The notes beneath the pieces were generated by a model. That model saw only the letters and a program-made list of their open reading frames with translations, was not told the origin of the DNA and did no database searches. Both the position numbers and the translations under genes were made by a program. A stretch of DNA of 64,000 nt from a virus, in the IMG/VR virus record IMGVR_UViG_3300050821_006746, positions 1 through 64,000 of that record. One strand, written 5' to 3'. Below are positions 1 to 9,977 of the stretch, one piece after another. Each line of letters begins with the position of its first letter. Within the stretch, counting starts at the first letter, position 1.

Positions 1-9
1 GACAATTAC

Positions 10-420
10 ATGGGGCTAAATAATCCAAATGTATTTCTGCCAATTATCAGTATTGTTGTCTCTATCCTTGTGGTAGCAGGCGGATTTGCAGCATTCAAAC
101 AAGGTTTCTTTAAGCAATCGAGCGAGATACAAGGACAGACCATTGATGCACTCAAAACGCGAGTGGAAACACTGGAGTCTCAAGCAGAATCCGATGCCAA
201 AGAGATCAAGCGCTTGAGAACCATTATCAACACGGTCAGATTCGCGCTCAAGAAGAAGGGGATACTCATCGAAATCGAGGGCGAATATATAACGCTGATC
301 GAAAATGATGTCCAGAGCAAGAGCACACGTATGCAGGCCGACGACCCAACGGGCAAAGTACGACCAATCAAAACAAAACTCAAGAATAATAGCGACGATG
401 ACGATATAGACGCAAGTTAG
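10..420 (+). CDS. Single-TM coiled-coil membrane protein (holin-like candidate)
   Basis: N-terminal TM (FLPIISIVVSILVVAGGFAAF) then coiled coil; in the late region. Confidence 0.5.
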   Translation: MGLNNPNVFLPIISIVVSILVVAGGFAAFKQGFFKQSSEIQGQTIDALKTRVETLESQAESDAKEIKRLRTIINTVRFALKKKGILIEIEGEYITLIENDVQSKSTRMQADDPTGKVRPIKTKLKNNSDDDDIDAS

Positions 421-443
421 CGTCTAGACGAAAGGATATATTC

Positions 444-2270
444 ATGTCAAATACGGTCACGTGGAACGATCCAGATAAGGTGCAAAAAAGTCAGGGACAA
501 TATTCCCCAGGTGTGATGTACCTTGTTGATCCCGTCACCCAGAAAGTAGTAAGCCCTGGAGGTGGGGGCGGAGGTGGAGGCGCTGTAACCGATATCACAG
601 CGTCGGGCAATCTGACCACAGCGAGCGGCGCTGGTAGCACGGTATCCATAGCGCTCGGCACTGGTCAGGCAACGTGGGAAGCGCAATTGACGGGTACATT
701 CTCCGCTGGGACCACCATCGTATTTGAGGGAAGCGATGATAACACCAACTGGTTTGCCGTATACGGTGTCAATGTCTCACTAGCCAATCCTACGCCTATT
801 TCCTCGATTGGCGGCGCTGGTCCATTCCTCATCCGTGGTGTCAGTTCAGGCTATCAGAACTTTCGTGTACGTTGCTCTGTTCTCCACAGTGGCGATAATG
901 TGGCAGTCGTTTTGATTGGCAGCGTGGGCGCCTCTGGCAATGGCGGACTCGCCACCAACGATGGCACATTTGCAAAGGAAACAGGCGGCAATCTCGCAAG
1001 TATCGCCACAAACACGACAGGACTAGGCACGCAAACGACGCTGGCCAGTATCTTGACGGCGCTGCAAGGCATCCTCTCGACAGAAATAATAGACCTCTCG
1101 ACAACAGGTACGATCAGCGCTGCTCAGAGCACAGAAGGTACTCCTGTAAGTAATGCTACTGTTGTGCTTACTGTGGGCAATGGGCAAAGCACATGGAAAG
1201 CGCAACTGCTTGCGGGTGGAGGTGGTTTTACAAGCGGGACAACCATTGTGGCGGATAAGTCGGTAGATGGTGGTACGACGTGGTATAGTGCTTCATTCAA
1301 GGTATCTGGTGCTAGTCCTGCTACTCCCGTTTCATCCGTCGTCGGTCCTGGTCCCATCGAGATGACAGGTGATGCATCGGGTGCCAACCGTGTGCGTATT
1401 CGTTGCTCAGTCCTTAATAGCACAGAGACCGTAGCAGTAACATTGCGGGCTAGTACTGGCGTTAGTGATGTTGGCTTAATATCATCTATTCCTGCTGGTT
1501 CCAATGTAATCGGTGGCGTAACGGCTGCTAGTGGGGCTTTTGCCGATGGAGCTATCACAACGCTTGGCACTGAGGCAGATGCAGCGTGGGGACTTTCTGG
1601 TAACGCAACAGCAATAGCCGTACTCAAGGAACTGGCGTTACTCTTGCAGCATGTAGCCTATGACAATACAAACGAGATAAAGGCCTCACTCTACGGGAAG
1701 AATAGTGCGGCGGGCGATACGCCGATTGGGGTAGATGCTTCGGGAAGGCTTACCGCTGCTATTCAGGCGGTACTTGGTACGGCATTAGCGGCAGACCAGA
1801 GCAATACAGTGCTACGCATCTCCAACTATGTCAAGACGGCCACAGCAGGCGATACAGCCCTGGCGTTGGGGCAAGCCACATTTGCAAATAGTTTGTCGGT
1901 GGTTCAGGCGTCGGATAGCCCAGCGCGTACCTGGACGCGAATTTATAACACCACGCAAACAGGTGTTTCTTCCTGGACCGGATCTGGTAGTTTGACGAGC
2001 CTCGATCAATATACCTACCTAGTTGCCAATATCAACGTAAGCGCTATTAGCGGTACGAGTATCCAATTCAAGATCAATCGCATCGATGGTTTTGCTAACG
2101 TCAACACCCTGGCTAACGGTAGCACAATCAGCGGGGCAAATACCACCGATAAGTTTTCTGTTGGCCCAGGCTGTTCACAAAACCACCCATTCGGTCAAAC
2201 GGCCTCGATAACAGCAGCGTTTACTGCTATTACTAGTGTGACGTTTACGGTTGAGGTATGGGCACGATGA
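444..2270 (+). CDS. Virion fibre / receptor-binding-type structural protein with duplicated beta-rich domain
   Basis: G/S/T/A-rich 608 aa; two related ~115-aa repeats ending RVRCSVL / RIRCSVL; RBS AAGGA. Confidence 0.65.
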   Translation: MSNTVTWNDPDKVQKSQGQYSPGVMYLVDPVTQKVVSPGGGGGGGGAVTDITASGNLTTASGAGSTVSIALGTGQATWEAQLTGTFSAGTTIVFEGSDDNTNWFAVYGVNVSLANPTPISSIGGAGPFLIRGVSSGYQNFRVRCSVLHSGDNVAVVLIGSVGASGNGGLATNDGTFAKETGGNLASIATNTTGLGTQTTLASILTALQGILSTEIIDLSTTGTISAAQSTEGTPVSNATVVLTVGNGQSTWKAQLLAGGGGFTSGTTIVADKSVDGGTTWYSASFKVSGASPATPVSSVVGPGPIEMTGDASGANRVRIRCSVLNSTETVAVTLRASTGVSDVGLISSIPAGSNVIGGVTAASGAFADGAITTLGTEADAAWGLSGNATAIAVLKELALLLQHVAYDNTNEIKASLYGKNSAAGDTPIGVDASGRLTAAIQAVLGTALAADQSNTVLRISNYVKTATAGDTALALGQATFANSLSVVQASDSPARTWTRIYNTTQTGVSSWTGSGSLTSLDQYTYLVANINVSAISGTSIQFKINRIDGFANVNTLANGSTISGANTTDKFSVGPGCSQNHPFGQTASITAAFTAITSVTFTVEVWAR

Positions 2271-3910
2271 GTGTACTTGAGTCCGATACCGGCATACGCT
2301 CCTCCGTGCTTTCTGGTTCATGGGGAGCGGCTTCTGATCAGAACACGTGGACATTGGCATCAGGGTCATCAGTGCCTCTCAGTGCGACAAAAACAAGCCT
2401 GCAAATAACGGCGTCAACCACGACGAATATGATTATTGGCGTTGCCAGTGTACAGAATGTTGCAGCATCGGTGCAAGTAACTGTTCAAAGCAGTGGAGAT
2501 AGCCCCGTTCTCTTTTTGCGTTACACGGATACCAATAATTACATAAAATGTGACGTTGTTGGCGGCTTGCTCCGTATACGTAAAAATGTTGCGCCAGGAG
2601 GATTTACCACTATTGCATCTGTATCTTTTGTGCAAACGCCAAACGTGGCGTATCAGTTCGTTTTTCAGGTTCATGGCACAACTTACTCAGCAAAAGCCTA
2701 TCAGGTCAACACACCTGATCCCGGTTGGCTTATTAGCGCAACAGCAGGCGATAGCATCCTTGCGTCTGGGAAATGGGGTCTTTCTGCTAATTCGGCTAGT
2801 TTGCCTGTCAGTTATAGTCAGTTTGCCGTGAATAATCTACGAGCCGACAATCCTTACAATATTACCGATAATCCCTATGGCGTGACGGTTTACCATTCCA
2901 ATGCCGCAACCTCAGCGCTTGCTCAACTCATTCCAGATATGCAAGCACTCGGTTTAACGTGGCTTCGGTATCAAGTGCCATTTACTGCGATTGACTCTCC
3001 ACAAGCGACGTACACATGGACATCGTTAGATGCGATGGTAAGTGTGGCCAATGCGGCAAACATCAATATCATTTTTTCGATGGATCAAGCACCATCGTGG
3101 GGGTTGGATGGCACAACTGGACTACCAACGCCTGCCTACACTACTACCGTTGCAGGATTAGTAGCAGCGCGCTACAACGGTTTGACGGGACATGGACACC
3201 TTGATTCAATCGAGATATGGAACGAGGAATTTGATTTTAGTAGCTATAACAACACGACGTATGGAGCGGTAGCCAGTGCGGGTTACACGGCTATTCGTGG
3301 TGCTGGTTTTACAGGAAAAGTCGGTTGTGCTGCCATGCTTGGCGTTAGCAATACGGCGCACATCACAAACTGGATTACCCAATTGTATACCAGCGTCGTA
3401 TCCAGCCTATTCGACTACTACAGCCTACACTACTACAATGCGGGCAATGATCCATCGGTGACAGGTGCATATCTCTCTATTCCTACAGTGCTAAGTACTG
3501 TTAACGCGGCGCTAATTGCTAATAGCGATGCACTCAAGCCGGTCTGGATCACTGAGTTTGGCTACGCAACTTCAACCAATGGCGGCCATTCTGCCGGAAG
3601 TGTGGTCAGTGCACTCCTGCAAAATCAGTACTATGCCTATATGTTGAGCGCCGCGCACGGCAACTCACAACAATCTGGCGTAGGGCCCGTGCAAAAGATC
3701 CTCTTTTACTCAATGGATACCGATCCGACGAATACAGATGGGGAGAGTATCACTCAGGGACTTACGCCAAGTGAGGCGTATAGCCAGACATTCGGCACCC
3801 TGAAAGCATTTATCGATACCTATTATTATTGGCCTGGTGCCGTCGCGCAGTTCCCTGTGACAAGTAGACGTACTGGCCAGTTCCCTGCTACGAATAGGAG
3901 AGGATCATAG
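2267..3910 (+). CDS. Clan GH-A glycoside hydrolase with N-terminal lectin-like domain (tail-associated depolymerase candidate)
   Basis: Acid/base motif IEIWNEE and nucleophile motif VWITEFG; ATGA overlap with the upstream gene. Confidence 0.8.
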   Translation: MSVLESDTGIRSSVLSGSWGAASDQNTWTLASGSSVPLSATKTSLQITASTTTNMIIGVASVQNVAASVQVTVQSSGDSPVLFLRYTDTNNYIKCDVVGGLLRIRKNVAPGGFTTIASVSFVQTPNVAYQFVFQVHGTTYSAKAYQVNTPDPGWLISATAGDSILASGKWGLSANSASLPVSYSQFAVNNLRADNPYNITDNPYGVTVYHSNAATSALAQLIPDMQALGLTWLRYQVPFTAIDSPQATYTWTSLDAMVSVANAANINIIFSMDQAPSWGLDGTTGLPTPAYTTTVAGLVAARYNGLTGHGHLDSIEIWNEEFDFSSYNNTTYGAVASAGYTAIRGAGFTGKVGCAAMLGVSNTAHITNWITQLYTSVVSSLFDYYSLHYYNAGNDPSVTGAYLSIPTVLSTVNAALIANSDALKPVWITEFGYATSTNGGHSAGSVVSALLQNQYYAYMLSAAHGNSQQSGVGPVQKILFYSMDTDPTNTDGESITQGLTPSEAYSQTFGTLKAFIDTYYYWPGAVAQFPVTSRRTGQFPATNRRGS

Positions 3911-4272
3911 TGGCAACCCTTGATTATCAGCCCTGCTATGTCGGGCAAACTTATCCATCCTGGCACATCCCTTTGCAGGCGGGCGGCGTTGCGGATAACC
4001 TGAATGGAGTAGATATTACTAAATTCACACTGACTTTTCGCACCCTTACCGGCGTGGATACGTTAGGAACTGGCACGATCACATTGGATACCGCCTATCC
4101 AGCCTACATCTTTTATAAGCCATCTATTGCCGATGTAACAACCATGAACGGTACTTCCGCAAATGGCATATTCAACGGCTCTATTATCGTCAAAGCACTC
4201 TTCCCACCATCAAACAGTACGGCAGATGAAGCTGTATTCGATCCCATTCCATTTAATATTACCCCATCCTAA
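3910..4272 (+). CDS. BppU-like baseplate/tail adaptor protein
   Basis: VGQTYP start, GTITLD and YKPSIADV segments resemble the BppU N-terminal family; structural context. Confidence 0.5.
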   Translation: MATLDYQPCYVGQTYPSWHIPLQAGGVADNLNGVDITKFTLTFRTLTGVDTLGTGTITLDTAYPAYIFYKPSIADVTTMNGTSANGIFNGSIIVKALFPPSNSTADEAVFDPIPFNITPS

Positions 4273-4283
4273 AGGAGCACGCT

Positions 4284-4559
4284 ATGTCAAAAATTGAATC
4301 GCTACTTGCTGATATCCTTGCACGCAAACAGCGTCTAGACGATCCGAAAGCGCAATCGCCAGAGATGGCAGAGGCGCTAGCCCTAGCGGACGAGTACCAC
4401 GGACTGCTCAACGATCTGCGTGAACTGTGCAATCCTACGCCTGCTCAGGTTGTGCCAGCACCGTATGTGGTCTATCCTGAGCCACGCTATCATCCTTCAT
4501 ATCAAATCACTTGGAATGCTGATGTGCCTGTTGGCAGCACGCTACAGATTGTGAAATGA
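4284..4559 (+). CDS. Hypothetical protein
   Basis: RBS AAGGAG, 91 aa. Confidence 0.7.
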   Translation: MSKIESLLADILARKQRLDDPKAQSPEMAEALALADEYHGLLNDLRELCNPTPAQVVPAPYVVYPEPRYHPSYQITWNADVPVGSTLQIVK

Positions 4560-4627
4560 GGCAAGGACATTGGCCGATTGGTACGCCCTGGTGGCGTTCA
4601 TATCCAGATTTATTAGGAGACAAAGAG

Positions 4628-4777
4628 ATGACAACAACAGAAGAAGCCAAAGTAACAAAATGCGATTATTGCGACAACACAGAAAATATCACCACGCTTA
4701 TTGACAGGACGGGCAATAATCCCGATATCCATATCTGCCGTGATTGCTACGCAACTGGTCAAGGCGAAGAGGTATAA
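4628..4777 (+). CDS. Small zinc-finger protein
   Basis: CDYC...CRDC; RBS AGGAG before ATG 4628. Confidence 0.6.
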   Translation: MTTTEEAKVTKCDYCDNTENITTLIDRTGNNPDIHICRDCYATGQGEEV

Positions 4778-4779
4778 CT

Positions 4780-5139
4780 GTGAACTACTACGATGCACGC
4801 GAGATGAGTGATGCACAAGGCAAGTCTAGTGGACTTTTCCACTACACAGCTCAGAATGACGATCGCATTTTTCCTGTAGGTTACTGTGCTCAGGGATGCG
4901 TTGGACATGCTACGCCAGATGAGGCACGCGAACACTATCGCATCTATCTGCTCGATAGCGCCAAGTATGATGGCATGTTACAAGGTGAACAGCGCCAGTG
5001 TGAGGTATGCGGTCTCTGGATACAGACATATGCTCATATCCCACTAAACATGGAAGCGCATTTCTTATGTAATGAACACCTGAATAGAGAGACGCTTGAT
5101 ACGGTGATGCATCGTGTTAAGCAGATTATTTCATCGTGA
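4780..5139 (+). CDS. Hypothetical Cys/His-containing protein
   Basis: GTG start after GAGG; CEVC and LCNEH motifs. Confidence 0.6.
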   Translation: MNYYDAREMSDAQGKSSGLFHYTAQNDDRIFPVGYCAQGCVGHATPDEAREHYRIYLLDSAKYDGMLQGEQRQCEVCGLWIQTYAHIPLNMEAHFLCNEHLNRETLDTVMHRVKQIISS

Positions 5140-5148
5140 GGAGGATCT

Positions 5149-6258
5149 ATGTTAAAGGGACTTGATTATGTGACTGGTCCTCCCATTGCCGCTATGAAAG
5201 CCGATGGCGTCTCCTTTGTGTGCAGGTACTTGTCAGAAGTTAATGCGTTGACGCAAGTCAAATTGCTCTCTGCCAACGAAGCAAAGACGCTTGGCGCGAA
5301 CGGCATAACCATTGTGAGCAATTATGAATGGTACGGCAACCGAGCGGCAGAAGGCTTTGCCAGTGGCGTAGCAGACGCGCAGATAGCAGCATCTCAGCAT
5401 ACGGCGTGCGGAGGTCCACCGGATAGGCCAATCTACTTCTCAGTGGATTTCGATACAAGCGTAACACCTACCATCATCGATTACTTCAAGGGCATATCGT
5501 CGGTTATCGGATTGCACAGAACAGGCGCATATGGCTCTTATCAAGTAATCAAGGGACTACTCGACGCCAACACTATCACTTGGGGATGGCAAACTTACGC
5601 GTGGTCAGGCGGCGCATGGGAGCCACGAGCGCATATCCAGCAATATAGCAATGGAGTGTCGTTCGCTGGTCAATCAGTGGATTATAACCGATCCATTAAG
5701 GATGACTTCGGCCAATGGATGCCAGGAGGAGGAGAAATATTGTTACAACTTACAGACCCAATGGGCAAGTACTTCACAGCCAGTACGGCGGGTGATCGTT
5801 GGCATTGTGCGAAGACCAACCAAGACATTGCCTATGCACTGCTCGTGTTCTATCGCCAGTACGGCGGTGTGTTCGGCTTGCCCATCTCAGGCGAGATCTA
5901 CCTTCAACAGTACCCAAATGTTGCAATACAATATTGCCAACGCGCTCTCATGGTCTATGACGCCAAACACTCGATTGACTTTCCAGATGGTGCCGGTGAC
6001 TGCTACCTCCTACATCTCGACTCAGGCATAGGACAACAAGCCGTTGCCAAGCCGCTCATTGCCGCTCTACAAACTCAGGTCAACACGCTCACAGCACAAG
6101 TGCAATCCCTGACGAGCGAACTAGCAGCACTCAAAGCACAGCCAACGCCCGATACGAGCGCATTGGATGCACAAATAGCCACGCTCACGACGGAATTGGC
6201 GCAATACAAGCAGGCCATAGCGAGCACGGAGACGGCGTTGGCGGCATTACCCAAATAG
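5149..6258 (+). CDS. Endolysin: DUF1906 (Rv2525c-like) glycoside hydrolase, Chloroflexi-type wall-binding repeat and C-terminal coiled coil
   Basis: FVCRYLS, PIYFSVDFD, GAYG, WQTYAWSGG motifs; FYRQYGGVFGLPISGE...QYCQRA repeat. Confidence 0.85.
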   Translation: MLKGLDYVTGPPIAAMKADGVSFVCRYLSEVNALTQVKLLSANEAKTLGANGITIVSNYEWYGNRAAEGFASGVADAQIAASQHTACGGPPDRPIYFSVDFDTSVTPTIIDYFKGISSVIGLHRTGAYGSYQVIKGLLDANTITWGWQTYAWSGGAWEPRAHIQQYSNGVSFAGQSVDYNRSIKDDFGQWMPGGGEILLQLTDPMGKYFTASTAGDRWHCAKTNQDIAYALLVFYRQYGGVFGLPISGEIYLQQYPNVAIQYCQRALMVYDAKHSIDFPDGAGDCYLLHLDSGIGQQAVAKPLIAALQTQVNTLTAQVQSLTSELAALKAQPTPDTSALDAQIATLTTELAQYKQAIASTETALAALPK

Positions 6259-6302
6259 CATTCTTGTGTAATTTATTATTGTTCAGTTTATTGGAGGTTC
6301 AT

Positions 6303-6818
6303 ATGAAGCCATTATCACCAGCTCTCACAACCTTAGCCCATATCGTTTGGGGCGGCATATTCGGTCTGCTCATCTCAGGAGGTGCGGCAATCTCGCAGTA
6401 CAACGCAACCAACGGTATCAACATCCCACAAGATGCCGCTGTGTTCGCTCTTGCTGTGCTCACTGGTATTGGTAGCGCAAGTATCGCAACGTGGAATAAT
6501 ATCAAGAAATCGCCTGCTCTGCCAGTGGCCGAAGCCGAAGTAGAGAGTGTTGCTAAAGATCAGTTTAATCAGTTCGCTCAGAGCGTGCATGGCCGCCTGA
6601 GTACCATTGAAGCATGGCTACAATCCCACATACAAACTCATGCCGCTAGCGTGCCATCCACGCCCGTACAAGCCCCTCAGAGCGCCCCTGTGCCATCATC
6701 GCTCAGCAAGATAACATTGCAGCCATTGCCAGCACAGAGCACGCCGAATATAGCGCCTGCGGGTAGCGTGCCGCTTACGACGGTACCAGCTATGCCAGTG
6801 GTACAAGTTCATCAATAA
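6303..6818 (+). CDS. Holin-like 2-TM protein with Pro/Gln-rich tail
   Basis: Two TM helices; directly after the endolysin; RBS GGAGG. Confidence 0.6.
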   Translation: MKPLSPALTTLAHIVWGGIFGLLISGGAAISQYNATNGINIPQDAAVFALAVLTGIGSASIATWNNIKKSPALPVAEAEVESVAKDQFNQFAQSVHGRLSTIEAWLQSHIQTHAASVPSTPVQAPQSAPVPSSLSKITLQPLPAQSTPNIAPAGSVPLTTVPAMPVVQVHQ

Positions 6819-6898
6819 TCTTGTGTAACATTGTGAGCAAAATAACAGCAGAGGCGACTATCGTGATGGTAGTTGCCTCTGCTGTTATTTTGAGATAA

Positions 6899-7378
6899 TT
6901 AGTCACCGAAAAAGTTACTAGCCCACTGAAAAGCCACATCACAAGCAAGAGCGGCTGCCTCATCCTCTGGCCTATCCCCAACCATCAGCGTATCCTCTGA
7001 GCTCACACCAGCCATCTCCATTGCCTCTTTCAGCATGCCAGGATTAGGTTTACGGCGCGGATCATCCTCGTTATAGTATTCAGGTAACGCCTTCTTGTTT
7101 GGACTAGAACAGGATACCAGCGAAGCCATTGCGCCAATTGCTTGCGCTGTCTCACCCAACACGGCGCGTACCTGTGCCTCAGAGAACTTTGACCACGGGA
7201 AGCAGACGCCTCCCTGATTCGAGACAGTGATAATGGTCGTGCCATTAGATGCCAGTTCTCGGCATGCTTCCACGCGACCAGGGAAGAAGTCCCAATCGTT
7301 GGCGGTCTCGCGGAAGTCACCACCTGATTTCGGCTTGCCGAGCGTCCCATCAACGTCCAAGAGAAGCAATTTATACAT
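6899..7378 (-). CDS. HAD-IIIA phosphatase (polynucleotide 3'-phosphatase / GmhB-like)
   Basis: LLDVDGTL, SNQGG, RKPNPGM, MVGDRPED motifs. Confidence 0.88.
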   Translation of the reverse strand: MYKLLLLDVDGTLGKPKSGGDFRETANDWDFFPGRVEACRELASNGTTIITVSNQGGVCFPWSKFSEAQVRAVLGETAQAIGAMASLVSCSSPNKKALPEYYNEDDPRRKPNPGMLKEAMEMAGVSSEDTLMVGDRPEDEAAALACDVAFQWASNFFGD

Positions 7379-7847
7379 TTATCATCCTCCATTGCCTTGA
7401 GCGATAGGAGAATGAAGCCACGACACAGCCATCCAGGGTAAGATCGTACGTCCCTGAAAACGCCGTGATCGGGTTTATTTTGCCGTCCTTGAGCGAGTTT
7501 CCTACGTAACTTCTGCACTGGAAATACCCGCTGTCAAACTCCCCTTGTTCTATCACGATGCCTGCGTGGAAGACATCACCGTATTGAGACCGAAACGTAA
7601 TGATGTTAATGACAGCCTGTCCGATTTCAAATCGTTGTTCTGATACCGTGTCGCCATAATTGACAGCGGCAGTAGGAAATGTTGCTTTGAGATCCATTCT
7701 CTCTTCCCTTTCTAATTCTTGTTCGATGTACCAAACTAACTGGGCGTTGATTGAGCGGTGTTCACGCTGTGCGCTTGCCTTTAGCGCTTCGAGTGTTGCT
7801 GACGGGATGTACGCCGTAAATTGTGGATCTTTGTTTGTGTTTGCCAT
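7371..7847 (-). CDS. Arc-like ribbon-helix-helix regulator fused to an unknown domain
   Basis: PQFTAYIPSATLEALKASAQREHRSINAQLVWYIEQ. Confidence 0.75.
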   Translation of the reverse strand: MANTNKDPQFTAYIPSATLEALKASAQREHRSINAQLVWYIEQELEREERMDLKATFPTAAVNYGDTVSEQRFEIGQAVINIITFRSQYGDVFHAGIVIEQGEFDSGYFQCRSYVGNSLKDGKINPITAFSGTYDLTLDGCVVASFSYRSRQWRMINV

Positions 7848-7853
7848 GTCAAT

Positions 7854-7882
7854 AGTATACCTGTATCATACCTGTATGTCAA
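7854..7882 (-). promoter_or_regulatory. sigma70-type promoter (leaderless) with direct-repeat operator
   Basis: TTGACA-N17-TATACT, ATG about 7 nt downstream; ATACCTGTAT repeated at 7857 and 7868. Confidence 0.8.
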
Positions 7883-7886
7883 CCCC

Positions 7887-8540
7887 TTATTTGCCATCCT
7901 CCTGATTTTGGTTTTCTTGCATGCGTATTTCTAAGAATCGAGCACGCAAGGCTTTCAACGCGTCTTTAGAGGTTTTTGCCTCAACGGAGCCAACTAGTTC
8001 CGTCAATTCGGGGATATGAGCAATATAGCCATCTTTCGCATTATTGGGAAGTACGTGTGCCTCATATCCCCAAACATTGCCCACACGCACATAGAGTTTT
8101 GACTTTGGTGGATGCGTTTGATTATGCTCGCTAATTCGCTGTGATCGTTGCGCATAATTGTGCATATGCCCATGTTTCTTTTTGTATGCACGAATAGCCT
8201 CATTCCCCTTTTGACTCATCTCCTGATACTTGCCGCTTTCTTTGCGCCAAGCAGTTGCACAAATTTCGTCACAAAAATGTGTATCCGATGAGTTCCACTG
8301 GTACGGTTCGCGAGAAAGCGGATCGAGGGACTTTCCGCATGCCGCACAATTTACCTCTTTGGGGCGGCGCTCTAATTTCAGGATAGAGGCATGTTCACGA
8401 GAACACACGCGATCACAGTATTTTTCGTTGTCCTTGTTGGCGATCTTTGCTCCACAATTCGGGTTCTGGCAATAGCGGATGGGCGTATTGCCTCTGTTCT
8501 GCAAAACTCGTCTCGCACCTGTTTTCTTTGGCTTGAGCAT
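7887..8540 (-). CDS. Zn-finger repeat protein with C-terminal HicB-like domain
   Basis: CQNPNC..YCDRVC and CAAC..FCDEIC; GYIAHIPEL..VEAKTSKDAL. Confidence 0.6.
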   Translation of the reverse strand: MLKPKKTGARRVLQNRGNTPIRYCQNPNCGAKIANKDNEKYCDRVCSREHASILKLERRPKEVNCAACGKSLDPLSREPYQWNSSDTHFCDEICATAWRKESGKYQEMSQKGNEAIRAYKKKHGHMHNYAQRSQRISEHNQTHPPKSKLYVRVGNVWGYEAHVLPNNAKDGYIAHIPELTELVGSVEAKTSKDALKALRARFLEIRMQENQNQEDGK

Positions 8541-8723
8541 TTCAAACTCTCCTACTTATGGAAATGCCACTTGACTAGGGTATGAAAACAGTATAAAGGC
8601 GACAATGATCGTTGTCAAGACACTTCACCCAACTAGCAAAAGTACTACAAAATTGCTCTATTCCCATCTATCATTGGATAATGTTACACAAGAAACTGTT
8701 TTCTCGGAAAGGATGCACAGAAC

Positions 8724-9257
8724 ATGAAATCTAGACTGTTGAGCTTACTACCTGATGCCAGAGTGACGATCACGCTAAGCCTCCCACGCCTCGTAGCAGT
8801 AGTACTGATCGCGGCTGTGATAGCATCGGCGTTGATCGGTGTGCGAGTATTCACCACACAGGCAGCACAATGTAGCCAGTGGTATCATTGTCCGATTAGC
8901 CAGCGATACGGGCAAAATTATGAACATGGGGTAGATCTGCTAACGCATGGATTAGCAATTACTGCGCTAAGAAGTGGAACAATCACATTTGATCGTTGGG
9001 AATGCTGGAATGACGAATGCGTGCAAGACATCACATGGCGGTTAGATTTTCCTTCGCATGCATGCAACAGTCCATTCATGTATGTTCAAATCAATCGTGC
9101 CGTGAAGGGGCTGCACGTTGGGGAGCACGTCAGCGATTGGCAACTGTTGGGGTATAGTGGATCGTTCTTTGAAATTGGTCTCACGAGTGACAGAGAATAT
9201 GGCGTGAGCGGATGGCATTGGGGTGTAAATATCTTAAAGTGTTTTCCGTATCTGTAA
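8724..9257 (+). CDS. Secreted M23-peptidase-like protein (probably degenerate)
   Basis: Signal/TM segment, HGVDL, VGEHV..QLLGYSG; the HxH motif is not visible. Confidence 0.55.
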   Translation: MKSRLLSLLPDARVTITLSLPRLVAVVLIAAVIASALIGVRVFTTQAAQCSQWYHCPISQRYGQNYEHGVDLLTHGLAITALRSGTITFDRWECWNDECVQDITWRLDFPSHACNSPFMYVQINRAVKGLHVGEHVSDWQLLGYSGSFFEIGLTSDREYGVSGWHWGVNILKCFPYL

Positions 9258-9310
9258 ATGCAAAAGAAAGGGTCCAACATCACATTGGACCCTTTCTTTT
9301 GCATTTACAG
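9252..9310. terminator. Bidirectional terminator, 26-bp perfect inverted repeat
   Basis: CTGTAAATGCAAAAGAAAGGGTCCAA, 7-nt loop, then its reverse complement; between convergent genes. Confidence 0.85.
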
Positions 9311-9322
9311 GTTCCCAATGCG

Positions 9323-9769
9323 TCAATGCATGTCGCACTCGTAGTATTGATGAAGTTCTTCGTGGGTGATCTCTTCGAGTCGGGCAACTCGGATGAGTTC
9401 ACGTTTGCGTCGGTGGGCGTGCGTTTGGTGGTCGTAGAGCTTTTCGGCAACCGGGCGGGTTGGATCGTCCTGGCTCACAACGGCCCATTTACCGCCTCCC
9501 CAGTTCACAACTTTGTAGGGCAAACCGCCGCGCTCGCGGATAGTGATTGCTGCTTCATCTAGAAAGGTGTATGGAGAAGCGCCTTCTTGCTCCAACCACT
9601 CGCGACGGATGGCTTGGCGCATCTGTTGTAGTTTCTCGGCGATTGTATCGCAAATCTGATAATGTTCTTCTAGGTCTCCATCTTCGATATTGTCGATTGT
9701 GTCCTTCCAAGTACCGATTGCTGCACCTATTTCAATAAGCTCTTCGTGTGAGAATGTCCAACGTTTCAT
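9323..9769 (-). CDS. Hypothetical protein
   Basis: RBS GGAGGTG before ATG 9769; own promoter. Confidence 0.75.
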   Translation of the reverse strand: MKRWTFSHEELIEIGAAIGTWKDTIDNIEDGDLEEHYQICDTIAEKLQQMRQAIRREWLEQEGASPYTFLDEAAITIRERGGLPYKVVNWGGGKWAVVSQDDPTRPVAEKLYDHQTHAHRRKRELIRVARLEEITHEELHQYYECDMH

Positions 9770-9789
9770 GCTTGCACCTCCTTTTATTG

Positions 9790-9842
9790 TGACCATTTTT
9801 GGTCTATTTGGATAGTGTAGACCAAAAATGGTCATATGTCAA
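9790..9842 (-). promoter_or_regulatory. Promoter with 17-bp inverted operator pair
   Basis: TTGACA-N17-TACACT; TGACCATTTTTGGTCTA (9790-9806) and its inverse (9818-9834). Confidence 0.8.
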
Positions 9843-9977
9843 GAGAGAGAATGGCCAGCAACCCACAGAGTGAACGTGCTACGGATATGGCCCTGGCTGT
9901 GATTTGATGTTTTCGGTTCTAGTGCGTCGAATAGAATAGCACAGTAGCACGGCCTTTCCGTGCGGGCTAGAACCATA

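Noticed and set aside
9252-9310. Protelomerase telomere site
   Set aside because: It has a 7-nt loop and A/T tails between convergent genes, and no protelomerase is seen; a bidirectional terminator explains it.
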